Source: Alphaproteobacteria bacterium (GTDB taxonomy: Bacteria > Pseudomonadota > Alphaproteobacteria > SMXP01). Taken from it: a DNA stretch of 64,000 nucleotides. Where the stretch lies: the NCBI GenBank assembly GCA_028285305.1, contig JANQPV010000022.1:137322-201321 (forward strand). Reading direction: 5' to 3'. A program made the position numbers and the translations under genes. The stretch's first letter is position 1, and each line of letters opens with the position of its first letter. Below are positions 8,100 through 17,748 of this stretch, in pieces. The notes under the pieces were generated by a model. The model did no database searches. It was not told the DNA's origin and saw only the letters and a list, made by a program, of their open reading frames with translations.

Positions 8100-10493
8100 A
8101 TGCACGATAGAAGAGTATGCTGGGGTGTCGCAGGCGCCGCCTTGTTATTGTCAGTAGACTTATTGTTGGCTGTCCCCGCTATCGCGCAGATCGATGAAAT
8201 CATCGTTACGGCTCGGAAGCGAGAGGAGAGCTTGTATGAGGTTCCGGTTGCGGTGACCGTGTTGGGCGAGCAGGCCATCGAAGCCGTTTCGCCTGCGGAT
8301 CTGCAAGACCTGACTGGCCTCGCCCCCAACATGTTCATCGGCATGAATACTGCTGGACCGGGTGCGTCGGCCATTTTTAGCCGGGGCCAAGGCTACGCCG
8401 ATATCGAGAAAACCCAAAACCCCGCGGTGGGCGTCTCGATCGACGGTATGTTTATTGGCACAAGTACCGGCCAACTTCTCGATGCGTTCGATGTCTCACA
8501 AGTCGAGGTGAACAGAGGGCCACAGGGTCTCTTGTTTGGCAAGAATACGACGGCCGGCGTGATCGACGTGAAGCGTACGCGTCCAACGGGAGAGTGGGGG
8601 GCGAAGGGCTCCGTTTCTTATGGCAGCTATGGAGAGAGGATTCTTAAAGCCGTCGTCAACTCACAGAGCTTTTTCAATGATCTGTTTGCGGTCAAGCTCG
8701 GCGCAACTTACAGAGCGCATGACGGATACTATTCGAACTTGTACTCCGGTGGCCGGGAAGGGGAGTTCAGCTATACAGGCGGCCACGCCATGGTTTCTTT
8801 CGATCCGACAGAGTGGTTTGATGGTTTGTTTGTGTACGATTTTATTCAGCAGCGCGGCGACGGACAACCGGTTCAGAATGCCAACCAGTTGAACGAACAA
8901 TTGCTCGGCACTGCGGTTGCCAATCCCGGTAGTTTGGATGCGCACCAAGTGGTGACTGACTTCGATAATCGGTCAAACTATGACGCTCATCGAATTAGCG
9001 CTGAATTCAATATCGATACGCCGATCGGCGCCTTGACGTCCATCACTGCCTACTTTGATACGTCGGATCGGGTGTTTCAAGATTTCGAGGCGACCTGCCG
9101 AACCGACTTGCTGGGGCTTGGTTGCCCGGTTGCGTTTCAAACGAATCCCCGTTTCGGAGCTCCTGCGCTCCATACAGATCGTAGTCAGGAATATGATCAG
9201 CTCACACAAGAAGTCCGACTGGTGACTGATTTAGATGACTTGTTCGGCGGACTTCCTTTGATCCACGGCGCGATCCTGACCACCGGCGGTTATTATTTCG
9301 GGGGGGACATTCAACTTATTCAGCAGACGGATGCCGGCGTTCCTGTGCCGACGCTTGTATCTCAGGTTGGAACGGAGCAAACGCGTTCATATGCAGGGTT
9401 TGCCGCCGGTGATTTTGAGCTCACGGAACGTCTTTCAATCAGCATCGGTGGGCGCTTCATCAGGGAAGAGAAGGACTTCTCCAACATCTATTTCAATATC
9501 GAGAATCTTGGGCCGGCTGGAACGAATACGGTCGGCGACATCGTGAGTGTGCAGCTTGATCGCAGAACCGAAGATGCGGCGTTTGAGGCTTGGACGACCA
9601 AATTCGGCATTGATTATCAAATTTTGGATGAAGTGTTGGCTTATTTCTCCCGATCAGAAGGATTTCGCAGCGGCGGTTTCTCGATCCGCGCAACGGGGGC
9701 CGAAGCGTTTGAAGGCGTAAACAGCTGTGCGCCAGACAATGCGGTGCCGCCGACGTTCGAACTGCTGTGTCCGGAGAATAACTTCTTTACCTTTGAACCC
9801 GAAAAGAACACGACCTATGAAGCAGGGATCAAGGGCCGTCTCTTCGAAGATACTCTGCTTGCGAATCTTTTGGGATTTTGGCAGAAAGTCGAAAATTATC
9901 AAGTGAGCGCGGTCACGAACACACCAGGTTTCGCCCGACCCACGTCCACGTATGTAAACAACTTCCAAGAAACGGGCGGTTGGGGCATCGAAGCCGAGTT
10001 CGTCTGGGACGTTCCGATGGTCGAAGGGCTCAGCTTGTCCGTGCTTGGGGGTTACCAAGACCTTGAGATCAAAGAAGCCTTGGTTGATGCGCGGCGTTTG
10101 CCTGTCGGGCCCGGCGGACAACCCGGATCTCCCGCCCAAGGACTGATCGATTTGTCCGATACGGAATTGGCTAGGACACCCGATTTTCAATATTCTTTAT
10201 CGGGAACTTATGAACGTCCTCTATTTAATGACGTGACTATCAATACTTCAGCGACTTGGAGGTACCAAGATGATTTCGTAATCGGATCATTGGGCAGCCT
10301 CACCGACGTTGAAGACGGTTATGGACTTCTCGACGCGCGCGTCAGCCTCATTTTCGAGGATAATCTGGAGTTTTCTGTTATCGGCAAGAATCTCACAAAT
10401 GAGGATTACCGGAACAATTCTTTGCCCGCCGTCAATTTTCAAGGCTGGGGCAATCCCACTATCATAACGTTTGAGATCAAGGGTCAGTTTTAG
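8100..10493 (+). CDS. TonB-dependent receptor
   Basis: Signal peptide, TonB box IDEIIVTARKREE, plug motif VEVNRGPQGLLFGKN, KNLTNEDY, C-terminal Phe; GGGAGG RBS before ATG 8100. Confidence 0.93.
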   Translation: MHDRRVCWGVAGAALLLSVDLLLAVPAIAQIDEIIVTARKREESLYEVPVAVTVLGEQAIEAVSPADLQDLTGLAPNMFIGMNTAGPGASAIFSRGQGYADIEKTQNPAVGVSIDGMFIGTSTGQLLDAFDVSQVEVNRGPQGLLFGKNTTAGVIDVKRTRPTGEWGAKGSVSYGSYGERILKAVVNSQSFFNDLFAVKLGATYRAHDGYYSNLYSGGREGEFSYTGGHAMVSFDPTEWFDGLFVYDFIQQRGDGQPVQNANQLNEQLLGTAVANPGSLDAHQVVTDFDNRSNYDAHRISAEFNIDTPIGALTSITAYFDTSDRVFQDFEATCRTDLLGLGCPVAFQTNPRFGAPALHTDRSQEYDQLTQEVRLVTDLDDLFGGLPLIHGAILTTGGYYFGGDIQLIQQTDAGVPVPTLVSQVGTEQTRSYAGFAAGDFELTERLSISIGGRFIREEKDFSNIYFNIENLGPAGTNTVGDIVSVQLDRRTEDAAFEAWTTKFGIDYQILDEVLAYFSRSEGFRSGGFSIRATGAEAFEGVNSCAPDNAVPPTFELLCPENNFFTFEPEKNTTYEAGIKGRLFEDTLLANLLGFWQKVENYQVSAVTNTPGFARPTSTYVNNFQETGGWGIEAEFVWDVPMVEGLSLSVLGGYQDLEIKEALVDARRLPVGPGGQPGSPAQGLIDLSDTELARTPDFQYSLSGTYERPLFNDVTINTSATWRYQDDFVIGSLGSLTDVEDGYGLLDARVSLIFEDNLEFSVIGKNLTNEDYRNNSLPAVNFQGWGNPTIITFEIKGQF

Positions 10494-10651
10494 GTGGGAT
10501 TGCCTGCTCCTGCGAACCACGACGTTTACCGAGTGAATTGGTTGAGAGATAGGATTTAGAGGCGATCCGGACTGATGTGATCACACGATTGGATCGAGGG
10601 GCAATGTTTCCACTCGGAGTGGCATCGCATACCCTCCCGGGTCGGAAATTG

Positions 10652-10684
10652 AACCGCCGCGGTCTTTGTTGCCGCGGCGGTTTC
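10652..10684 (+). terminator. intrinsic terminator-like hairpin
   Basis: Perfect 11-bp stem AACCGCCGCGG-tctttgttg-CCGCGGCGGTT followed by a short T run, between convergent genes. Confidence 0.6.
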
Positions 10685-10957
10685 CTTATAAGAGGCACAG
10701 CTAAAGGCCTATATCAGCCAACGACTTGACCTGTTGGGTTTGAGCCCAACGAAACGCCAAGCCATGCATTTGATAATCAGGGGCGACCATGTGATTGAAC
10801 GGGTCGTCGGTGTCGCTCGTGATCAAAAAGCGCGTTTCCCTCTGATGGAGCGTTTCATTCGCTTGTTGCCCAATGCGTATCCCAGTTACGTGAAATCTAG
10901 TTCGCTGCCGGGAAATGCGCAGCTTTTGGACTCTGTCTTCCGGTTTGGGCGCGATTG

Positions 10958-11632
10958 CTAACGGATCAGTCCTAAGTCTTGTTTCATCACTTCAATCGCT
11001 TTGCGCCGTGTGCTCAGTTTATTGCCGGCATAGGCATCTGCGGGCAGTTCGGCCAAGGCGGTTGCGATTTCGAGGGCTTTGCCGATGGCTTCGCCGGCTG
11101 GCACGAGTTCATCTAAGAAGCCGGAGGTGACGGCGCCTTCGGGATCGTAGACTTTCGATTGGGTCACGACGGGGACGAACTGGGTGGGATTGATGCGGGC
11201 TTTCAAGGGTTCGAGGGACCAGGCAGGTAGGATCCGGCCCAGAGCGGATTCGGTCATGGCGAACTTAAAATTTCCTATTTCTCCAATTCGAGTGTCGCAG
11301 GCGAGCAGCCAGAGGGCGCCGATGGTGAAGGCGTGTCCGGTACAGGCAGCGACGAGCGGCTTGGGATACTCGTACAGCCTACAGAGCATTCTGCCGCCGC
11401 GATCGCCCAATTTGCCGAACGCTTCCATGTCGCCGCTACGGAGCACGTTTATGTCAAAACCAGCGCAAAAAGAGCCGGGCCGGCCGGTGAGGACGATGGC
11501 CTTGGCGTCCTTTTCTGCACGGCCGACTGCGTCTTCCAGGTCCCCCAAGGCTTCTTGGGTGATGGCGTTCTTTTTGCCGTCATCCATTGTGATGAGGGCG
11601 ACATCGTCCTTCATGTTCAAAGTAATTTGCAT
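10958..11632 (-). CDS. crotonase/enoyl-CoA hydratase family protein
   Basis: ITMDDGKKNAI, FCAGFDI, PKPLVAACTGHA; start MQITLN at 11632 with AAGG RBS. Confidence 0.9.
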   Translation of the reverse strand: MQITLNMKDDVALITMDDGKKNAITQEALGDLEDAVGRAEKDAKAIVLTGRPGSFCAGFDINVLRSGDMEAFGKLGDRGGRMLCRLYEYPKPLVAACTGHAFTIGALWLLACDTRIGEIGNFKFAMTESALGRILPAWSLEPLKARINPTQFVPVVTQSKVYDPEGAVTSGFLDELVPAGEAIGKALEIATALAELPADAYAGNKLSTRRKAIEVMKQDLGLIR

Positions 11633-11651
11633 AGGATCCCCCTTCTTTAGT

Positions 11652-12347
11652 CTAGATAACCGCGCGCAGAGAGGCCTCAATCTGACCGCTGCACCACTCC
11701 TCACCGTAAGCTTCATCGCTCGTGGTGCGGAGTTCTTTCTGTTCGGGCAGACCGGCAATGCGATCGGAGAGGCTGGCTACTTTGGGGGCTGCCTCCTCCA
11801 GCACAGGCCTCAGGGCCGGAAGTTTGTCTGTCATCGTTCCCCAGAGGATATGGGTTGTGAAATCGGCGATGCTGAGATCCTTTGTTCCCAGAATTGTTCC
11901 GCTCTCTCGCGTCAGGCCGTGGCGACGTCCTAAGTCCTCGAACATTTCCATCCAGCGGCGCAGTCGCGGGAGATAGTCACTCCAGCTTTCTCGCGTCCAC
12001 ATTTGCGCGCCGTTATACAGTGTCATTTCATAGAGAATGTCATTGGCATCGGCGATGATCTTGTGACTGAGCGCTTCGAGGGTGCGATCCTTGGGGATGA
12101 GATCGTACTTTCGGCCGAGATAAGCGAGGATGGCCTGGGTCTGGGAAATCGAAGCCTTTGCCTCATGATCGGTCAGGACCGGCGGGCCCATATGAGGCAC
12201 GGACTGAATGGAAGGAGTCTGATCCTTGAGCGCGTAAATCTCCTCGGCTGAGCGCTCGTCCCAAGTAGCGTGAACATGAGCAAGGACGGCGCGCACGAAC
12301 TGGCCGCGAAAAGGAATCGGCCAATAATAGAGAGTGTACTCAGCCAT
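11652..12347 (-). CDS. glutathione S-transferase
   Basis: YTLYYWPIPFRGQFVR, GPPVL, SQTQAILAYLGRKY, LSIADF. Confidence 0.88.
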   Translation of the reverse strand: MAEYTLYYWPIPFRGQFVRAVLAHVHATWDERSAEEIYALKDQTPSIQSVPHMGPPVLTDHEAKASISQTQAILAYLGRKYDLIPKDRTLEALSHKIIADANDILYEMTLYNGAQMWTRESWSDYLPRLRRWMEMFEDLGRRHGLTRESGTILGTKDLSIADFTTHILWGTMTDKLPALRPVLEEAAPKVASLSDRIAGLPEQKELRTTSDEAYGEEWCSGQIEASLRAVI

Positions 12348-12353
12348 GTCGGA

Positions 12354-13571
12354 TTATCCTTTTAACAGCTCCCCGGCAATGATCAGCTGGCGGACTTCGG
12401 TTGTGCCTGCGCCGATCTCCAAGAGTTTCGTGTGACGATAAAGCCGGTTGATCTCCGACTCCCAGATGTAGCCGGCACCGCCATGGATCTGGACCGCGTG
12501 ATCGAGCACTTTATTCATGCTGTTGGCGGCGTAGTAGACCGAAGCCGCCGTCAGTTTGTGGATCTCGCCGCGGCCTCCAGCGCCTTGGTCGAGACTGTCG
12601 GCCTCGGCGAGGGCCCGGTAGGTGAAGGTCCGGGTCGTTTCGGTCAGTACATACATGTCCGCCAAGCGGGCTTGAATCATCTGAAACTTCCCGATGGTTG
12701 CGCCGAACTGTTCGCGGGTGTTGGCATACTCAACCGACAGCTCAAGGGCGCGTTCACAAACGCCAAGGCAGATGGGCGAAATCATGGAGCGTTCAAGATC
12801 AAGACCGCTCATAACAACCGCGACGCCCATGTCTTCTTCGCCGACCAGGTTCTCCGCCGGAACCCGGCACTCGTCAAAAACTAGCTCGCCGGTCTGGCTG
12901 CCCCTGAATCCCATTTTGTTTAGCACCTGCGCCACGCGGAAACCGGGAAAGTCTTTCTCAACGATGAACGCGGAGATGCCCTTGGCTCCCTTTTCCGGAG
13001 AGGTTTTGGCGTACACTAACACAAGGTCGGCAACGGGGCCATTTGTGATGTAGAGCTTGCTGCCGTTTAAAATGTATGTGTCGCCTTCACGTCTGGCGGT
13101 GGTCCGCATACTGCCGAGGGCGTCGGATCCCGCGCCGGGTTCGGTCAAGCCCAAAGCACCAATGAAGGAGCCGTCGCAGAGGCCCGGCAGATACTTATTG
13201 CGAAGAAACTCATTGGCGTTCCTGTATATATTATTTGTACAAAGATTGTCATGAGCGACCCAAGAAAGTGCGAAAGCGGGATTGTAGCGGGACATGGCTT
13301 GGGCGACGGCGCCGCTGGAGAGCATATCCAGCTCCGATCCGCCATACTCCATCGCAACCGTCGAGCCCAAATAGCCGAGATGCCCGAGGGCTCTAAACTC
13401 TTGGTCGGGCCACCATTCTTCATCATCCATGCGCTGGGCGAGCGGGGCTAGGCGCTCTCTCGCCATGCGGTCGGCGGCGTCCAATACTTGGCGCTGGTCC
13501 TCATTGAGACCAAACGCATCTTCTGCCGGCGTGTTTCGAGGATAGGAGGTCTGTGAATTCAAGGAGCTCAT
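12354..13571 (-). CDS. acyl-CoA dehydrogenase, isovaleryl-CoA dehydrogenase-like
   Basis: GALGLTEPGAGSD, NGSKLYITNG, KMGFRGSQTGELVF, GLDLER, REQFG, QIHGGAGY, EIGAGTTEVRQLII. Confidence 0.9.
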   Translation of the reverse strand: MSSLNSQTSYPRNTPAEDAFGLNEDQRQVLDAADRMARERLAPLAQRMDDEEWWPDQEFRALGHLGYLGSTVAMEYGGSELDMLSSGAVAQAMSRYNPAFALSWVAHDNLCTNNIYRNANEFLRNKYLPGLCDGSFIGALGLTEPGAGSDALGSMRTTARREGDTYILNGSKLYITNGPVADLVLVYAKTSPEKGAKGISAFIVEKDFPGFRVAQVLNKMGFRGSQTGELVFDECRVPAENLVGEEDMGVAVVMSGLDLERSMISPICLGVCERALELSVEYANTREQFGATIGKFQMIQARLADMYVLTETTRTFTYRALAEADSLDQGAGGRGEIHKLTAASVYYAANSMNKVLDHAVQIHGGAGYIWESEINRLYRHTKLLEIGAGTTEVRQLIIAGELLKG

Positions 13572-13664
13572 GTTAGCCCTATTGTCATTGGGATTTACTA
13601 TTGTCTAGTTGTAACAACGACCAATGCTAAGAAAAGTGCTTGCGTTTTGGACGTATTGGTTATT

Positions 13665-13683
13665 TAGTGAATGTGATTTACTA
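13665..13683. promoter_or_regulatory. inverted repeat, putative operator of the adjacent TetR regulator
   Basis: TAGTGAAT-gtg-ATTTACTA (8-bp arms, one mismatch) in the divergent promoter region. Confidence 0.5.
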
Positions 13684-13706
13684 GAAGAACTGGCGCAACG
13701 CAAGTC

Positions 13707-14402
13707 ATGACGATAAGACAAAGGATCAGGCGGCCCAAAGCGGAACGCATTGCTGAAATCTTGTCGGCGGCGCGGGAGATCTTTGCGGCCAAAGGATATC
13801 AGGCGGCCACCCTCAGCGATATCGCCTCTCAGGTCGGCGTGGTCGAAGGTGCCATTTACCGCCACTTTAAGAATAAGCGAGACATTCTCCTTCGTCTTTA
13901 TGAGGAGTTTTACGAAGAACTCATTCAAGGGGCGCAAGAAGAATTACCGGCGATAGCCGGTTGCCGCAAGAAGATGCGCTATCTTATTTGGCGTCACCTT
14001 AAACTCTTTGCAGATGATCCGGAATATTGTTGGATCCTCATCCGGGAAGTACGGTCTGATCCTCATCTTTATCAATCCTCCATTCATGAACTCAATCGGC
14101 GGTATACGGGCCTAAGCGTCACTGTAATCGAAGAAGGTATTGCGGAAGGGGAGATCCGGTCCGATGTCTCTCCCTTTACCGTACGGGATCTGATTTTCGG
14201 CGGGATCGAACACATGATGTGGCGTCATTTGCTGGCGGAGCGGTCGATTGATATCGAGGCGCGAACGGATGAGCTCACCGATATGGTTTTTGCAGGACTT
14301 GCGCCCAGTTCATCCAGCGCGCAAGCCGCAACGTCTGTGTACGAGCGTTTGGCAAAGGTGGCCGACAAACTGGAGAGGGCGTCTCTGACGCTTGCCGACT
14401 AG
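13707..14402 (+). CDS. TetR/AcrR family transcriptional regulator
   Basis: ILSAAREIFAAKGYQAATLSDIASQVGVVEGAIYRHFKNK. Confidence 0.92.
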   Translation: MTIRQRIRRPKAERIAEILSAAREIFAAKGYQAATLSDIASQVGVVEGAIYRHFKNKRDILLRLYEEFYEELIQGAQEELPAIAGCRKKMRYLIWRHLKLFADDPEYCWILIREVRSDPHLYQSSIHELNRRYTGLSVTVIEEGIAEGEIRSDVSPFTVRDLIFGGIEHMMWRHLLAERSIDIEARTDELTDMVFAGLAPSSSSAQAATSVYERLAKVADKLERASLTLAD

Positions 14403-14424
14403 GTTCTCCTGGGGAAAGAGTACG

Positions 14425-16047
14425 ATGCAACCCTTTCAATCGCGTCTTCAAATAAATTCCGATGCGTACCAGCGAAACCGGGCCGAAATGTTGGGCCTTG
14501 TTGATCGATTGAGATCTGTGGAATCCCGCGCGGTCGACCTTTCCAACAAAAGGCGTCCTACGTTCGAGAGGCGCGGCCAGGTGCCGCCTCATGACCGTGT
14601 CGCCTTGTTGTTGGACGCCGGCATGCCGTTTTTGCGGCTGCATACGCTTGCGAACTATCTCGTCGAGGACGATGATCCGGAAACGAGCGTTCCAGGAGCG
14701 AACTTGATTGCCGGGATTGGCTTTGTGAACGGCGTTCGCTGTATGATCTGGGTGGACGACAGCGGTATCCGCGCCGGATCCATAACACGGATGACGGCGA
14801 ATACGGTGCTCAGCATCCAGGAGATTGCCTTGCGCCAAAAACTGCCGCTGGTGCATCTGGTGGAAAGCGCAGGCGCCGATCTTACAAAGTTTCTCGTTGA
14901 AAGCTGGATCGATTCAGGGGCCATGTTTCGGAACCTAGCGAGGTTGAGCGCAGCGGGCATTCCAACACTTGTCGTATTGCACGGGCCATCGACCGCGGGC
15001 GGGGCCTATATGCCGGGCATGTCCGACTATGTGGTAGGTGTGAAGAATAACGGTATGGCGGCGCTTGCCGGCGCGGCGCTCGTGCGGGCCGCCACGGGAG
15101 AGGTCGTGGATGATCGGGACTTGGGCGGCACTGAAATGCACGCCAGCGTGTCGGGTTTGGTCGAGTTCCTTGCAGAAGACGATGTGCACGGCATTTCCAT
15201 TGTGCGTGAGATCATTGGCAGTTTGAATTGGAATGCCGATTTGGTTCCTCCATCCCGCAAGGCTTTTGAGCCGCCTAAATACTGTGCAGACGAGCTTGCT
15301 GGGTTGGTACCGACCGATTACCGCATTCCTTACGATGTGCGCGAAGTGATGGCGCGGATTGTGGATGGGTCTGCTTTTGAAGATTTCAAGCCGGGATACG
15401 GGCCTGCTACAGTCTGTATGCGGTCAAGCATTATGGGTTTTGCTTGCGGGATCATTGGAAACAACGGACCTATCGATCCGGCCGGTGCCACCAAAGCGGC
15501 GCAATTTTTTCAGCTTTGCGATCAGGCGGACATTCCCCTCATCTTTCTTCAGAATACCACGGGTTACATTGTCGGATCTCAGTCGGAACGGGCGGGCATG
15601 ATCAAGCATGGTTCAAAAATGATCCAAGCGGTCACCAATGTGCGTGTGCCGAAGATCACGCTCTATATCGGGGCGAGTTATGGCGCCGGGAACTATGGCA
15701 TGTGCGGGTATTCTTATGAGCCCGACTTTCTCTTTGCGTGGCCGAATGCGTGCACCAATGTGATGGGAGCGGAACAGGCGGCCAAGACAATGACACAGGT
15801 TGCAGAAGTCTCAGCCACCCGACGTGGGGAGGAGCCGGACCGCGTGGCCATTCAAGCCCAGGAAGATAAGATCTTGGCTCACTTTTCGCGGCAAGAGAAT
15901 GCCTTTTACACATCGGGCCGCATCCTCGATAATGGGGTGATTGATCCACGCGACACGCGCAAAGTCCTGGGGATGGTTCTGGAGACGTGTTTGGAGGCGC
16001 GGGTGCGTAGACTAAAGCCAAACAGCTTCGGCGTGGCGCGATTTTAA
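14425..16047 (+). CDS. acyl-CoA carboxylase carboxyltransferase (beta) subunit, geranyl-CoA carboxylase AtuC-like
   Basis: LVESAGADL, HGPSTAGGAYMPG, LGGTEMH, FLQNTTGY, GASYGAGNYGMCG, DNGVIDPRDTR, FGVARF end. Start chosen at ATG 14425. Confidence 0.88.
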   Translation: MQPFQSRLQINSDAYQRNRAEMLGLVDRLRSVESRAVDLSNKRRPTFERRGQVPPHDRVALLLDAGMPFLRLHTLANYLVEDDDPETSVPGANLIAGIGFVNGVRCMIWVDDSGIRAGSITRMTANTVLSIQEIALRQKLPLVHLVESAGADLTKFLVESWIDSGAMFRNLARLSAAGIPTLVVLHGPSTAGGAYMPGMSDYVVGVKNNGMAALAGAALVRAATGEVVDDRDLGGTEMHASVSGLVEFLAEDDVHGISIVREIIGSLNWNADLVPPSRKAFEPPKYCADELAGLVPTDYRIPYDVREVMARIVDGSAFEDFKPGYGPATVCMRSSIMGFACGIIGNNGPIDPAGATKAAQFFQLCDQADIPLIFLQNTTGYIVGSQSERAGMIKHGSKMIQAVTNVRVPKITLYIGASYGAGNYGMCGYSYEPDFLFAWPNACTNVMGAEQAAKTMTQVAEVSATRRGEEPDRVAIQAQEDKILAHFSRQENAFYTSGRILDNGVIDPRDTRKVLGMVLETCLEARVRRLKPNSFGVARF

Positions 16048-16057
16048 GGAGCCTGAG

Positions 16058-16879
16058 ATGACGACCCTTCCGCAGACTGATGCACTTGATCTGGACTTAA
16101 CGGGAGGATGGCTCACCATTTGGTTCGATCAAGTTGACACGCGCAATGCACTCACCGATGCGCTGCGTACGGATCTTCAAGATGTGTTGGTGGCGGTGCG
16201 AGATAATCGAGAGGTCCGAGGGATCACCTTACGGGGTAAGGGGGGTGTTTTCTGTGCAGGCGGAGATCTCAAAACGTTTCAGGGCGGGTTCCAGGAACGG
16301 GGCGATCGTTCCGAGATAATGGAAATGTCACGGGATGCGGCCCGCATTTTCGATCTGGTCAACGAGGCCCCGCAAGTGGTTATCGCGTTCATTGAAGGCG
16401 CAGCTATGGCGGGCGGGTTCGGTCTTGCGTGCTGTGCGGACGTCGTTATTTGCGAAGAAGACGCGAGGTTCGCGATGACGGAGACAACGCTCGGTCTATC
16501 GCCTGCTCAAATTGCGCCCTTCGTGATCCAGAAGCTCGGTTACGCAACGGCTCGGCGTCTTATGCTGACCGCTGCGCGCTTCAAGGGGCGGGAGGCGTTT
16601 CAGCTGGGTTTTGCCGACTTTATTGCGCCGTCTACGGAGGAGCTGCAGGAGATTGAACAAAAGCTTAAGTCTCAAGTTCTGACATGCGCACCGGGGGCGG
16701 TTGCTGGAACCAAGGAGCTCATTCATCAATTGTCCAACCTGAATCGCCAACAGGCGATCGAAGCGGCGGCCGAGAACTTCACCGACCGCATGCTCAGCGA
16801 TGAATGCCGGGAGGGGCTTGCAGCGTTTTTCGAGAAGCGACGCCCGAAATGGAGTGAGGGGAATGCCGACGAACGCTGA
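16058..16879 (+). CDS. enoyl-CoA hydratase, isohexenylglutaconyl-/methylglutaconyl-CoA hydratase (AtuE/LiuC)-like
   Basis: RNAL, FCAGGDLK, GAAMAGGFGLACCAD, TETTLGLSPAQIAPFV, EGLAAFFEKRRPKW. Confidence 0.85.
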   Translation: MTTLPQTDALDLDLTGGWLTIWFDQVDTRNALTDALRTDLQDVLVAVRDNREVRGITLRGKGGVFCAGGDLKTFQGGFQERGDRSEIMEMSRDAARIFDLVNEAPQVVIAFIEGAAMAGGFGLACCADVVICEEDARFAMTETTLGLSPAQIAPFVIQKLGYATARRLMLTAARFKGREAFQLGFADFIAPSTEELQEIEQKLKSQVLTCAPGAVAGTKELIHQLSNLNRQQAIEAAAENFTDRMLSDECREGLAAFFEKRRPKWSEGNADER

Positions 16880-16941
16880 TTTGACAGCGGGGGACGGCGG
16901 CGGAATGATGGGCTCCATGTTAGGGACCTGGGAGATGTGAT

Positions 16942-17748
16942 GTGGAGAATGACCAATATTGCAGGACGGATCTCAATTACTACTCACATTTTGGCGCGCG
17001 CCCTTGTTCCGTTTCCATACGGGATGCTCGGCGGAGGGACGATTTGACCTGGGAGTTCAATGGCTTTCAAAGAGTTGACCATGTATCCGAGATCACCGAT
17101 TGGGACGATGACGATGTCTTAGCCACTGTGCATTATCCGGAAATCGAAAGGCTGGCGAAGATGCTGACGGGCGCACCTCATGCGCTCGTCGCCAGTCATA
17201 TCAGCCGCAATGTTGAGAAGGCCAAAGTGCATTCAGACTACGCGCCCATCCAGTTTGTTCATTCGGACTTTGCGGATGATTATGGCGACCTCATCAAAAA
17301 GCGGTACAAACGGGGGTACGGTCATACCGAGGCGGCTCTAGAGCGGGCGGGGCTTACTGTTGAGGACCTTGTACAGGCGGACCGTGTGCTGATCTTGCAG
17401 ACGTGGCGCAATGTGGGGCCGGTTACGCCGAACTATCCGCTCGCATTTTGTGATCCCACCTCTGTCGACCCAAAGGACCTCAGCAAAATCCATTTGAATG
17501 GGTATGCGGGCGACGACTTCGCGTTCGACGTGTTGGCCGTAAGAGCGCCCGATAGCGCCGGGATGCATCAGTGGTATACGTATCCCAATTTGACCAAGGA
17601 CGAAGTGGTCGTCTTTCGCACGTTCGACAGCAAATGTGTGGCGGAGGGTAGGCCCTTTTGGACGCCCCACTGCGCTTTTCGGGATCCGGGGGCCCGAGAA
17701 GACAACCAACGGCGCAGTATCGAGATTCGGGCCATGTGCTTGTTTTAA
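16942..17748 (+). CDS. CmcJ/NvfI-family oxidoreductase (Fe/2OG-like oxygenase)
   Basis: VHSD (HxD), QTWRN, PLAFCD, HQWYTYPNLTKDEVVVF, TPHCAFRDP, RRSIEIR. Confidence 0.75.
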   Translation: MENDQYCRTDLNYYSHFGARPCSVSIRDARRRDDLTWEFNGFQRVDHVSEITDWDDDDVLATVHYPEIERLAKMLTGAPHALVASHISRNVEKAKVHSDYAPIQFVHSDFADDYGDLIKKRYKRGYGHTEAALERAGLTVEDLVQADRVLILQTWRNVGPVTPNYPLAFCDPTSVDPKDLSKIHLNGYAGDDFAFDVLAVRAPDSAGMHQWYTYPNLTKDEVVVFRTFDSKCVAEGRPFWTPHCAFRDPGAREDNQRRSIEIRAMCLF

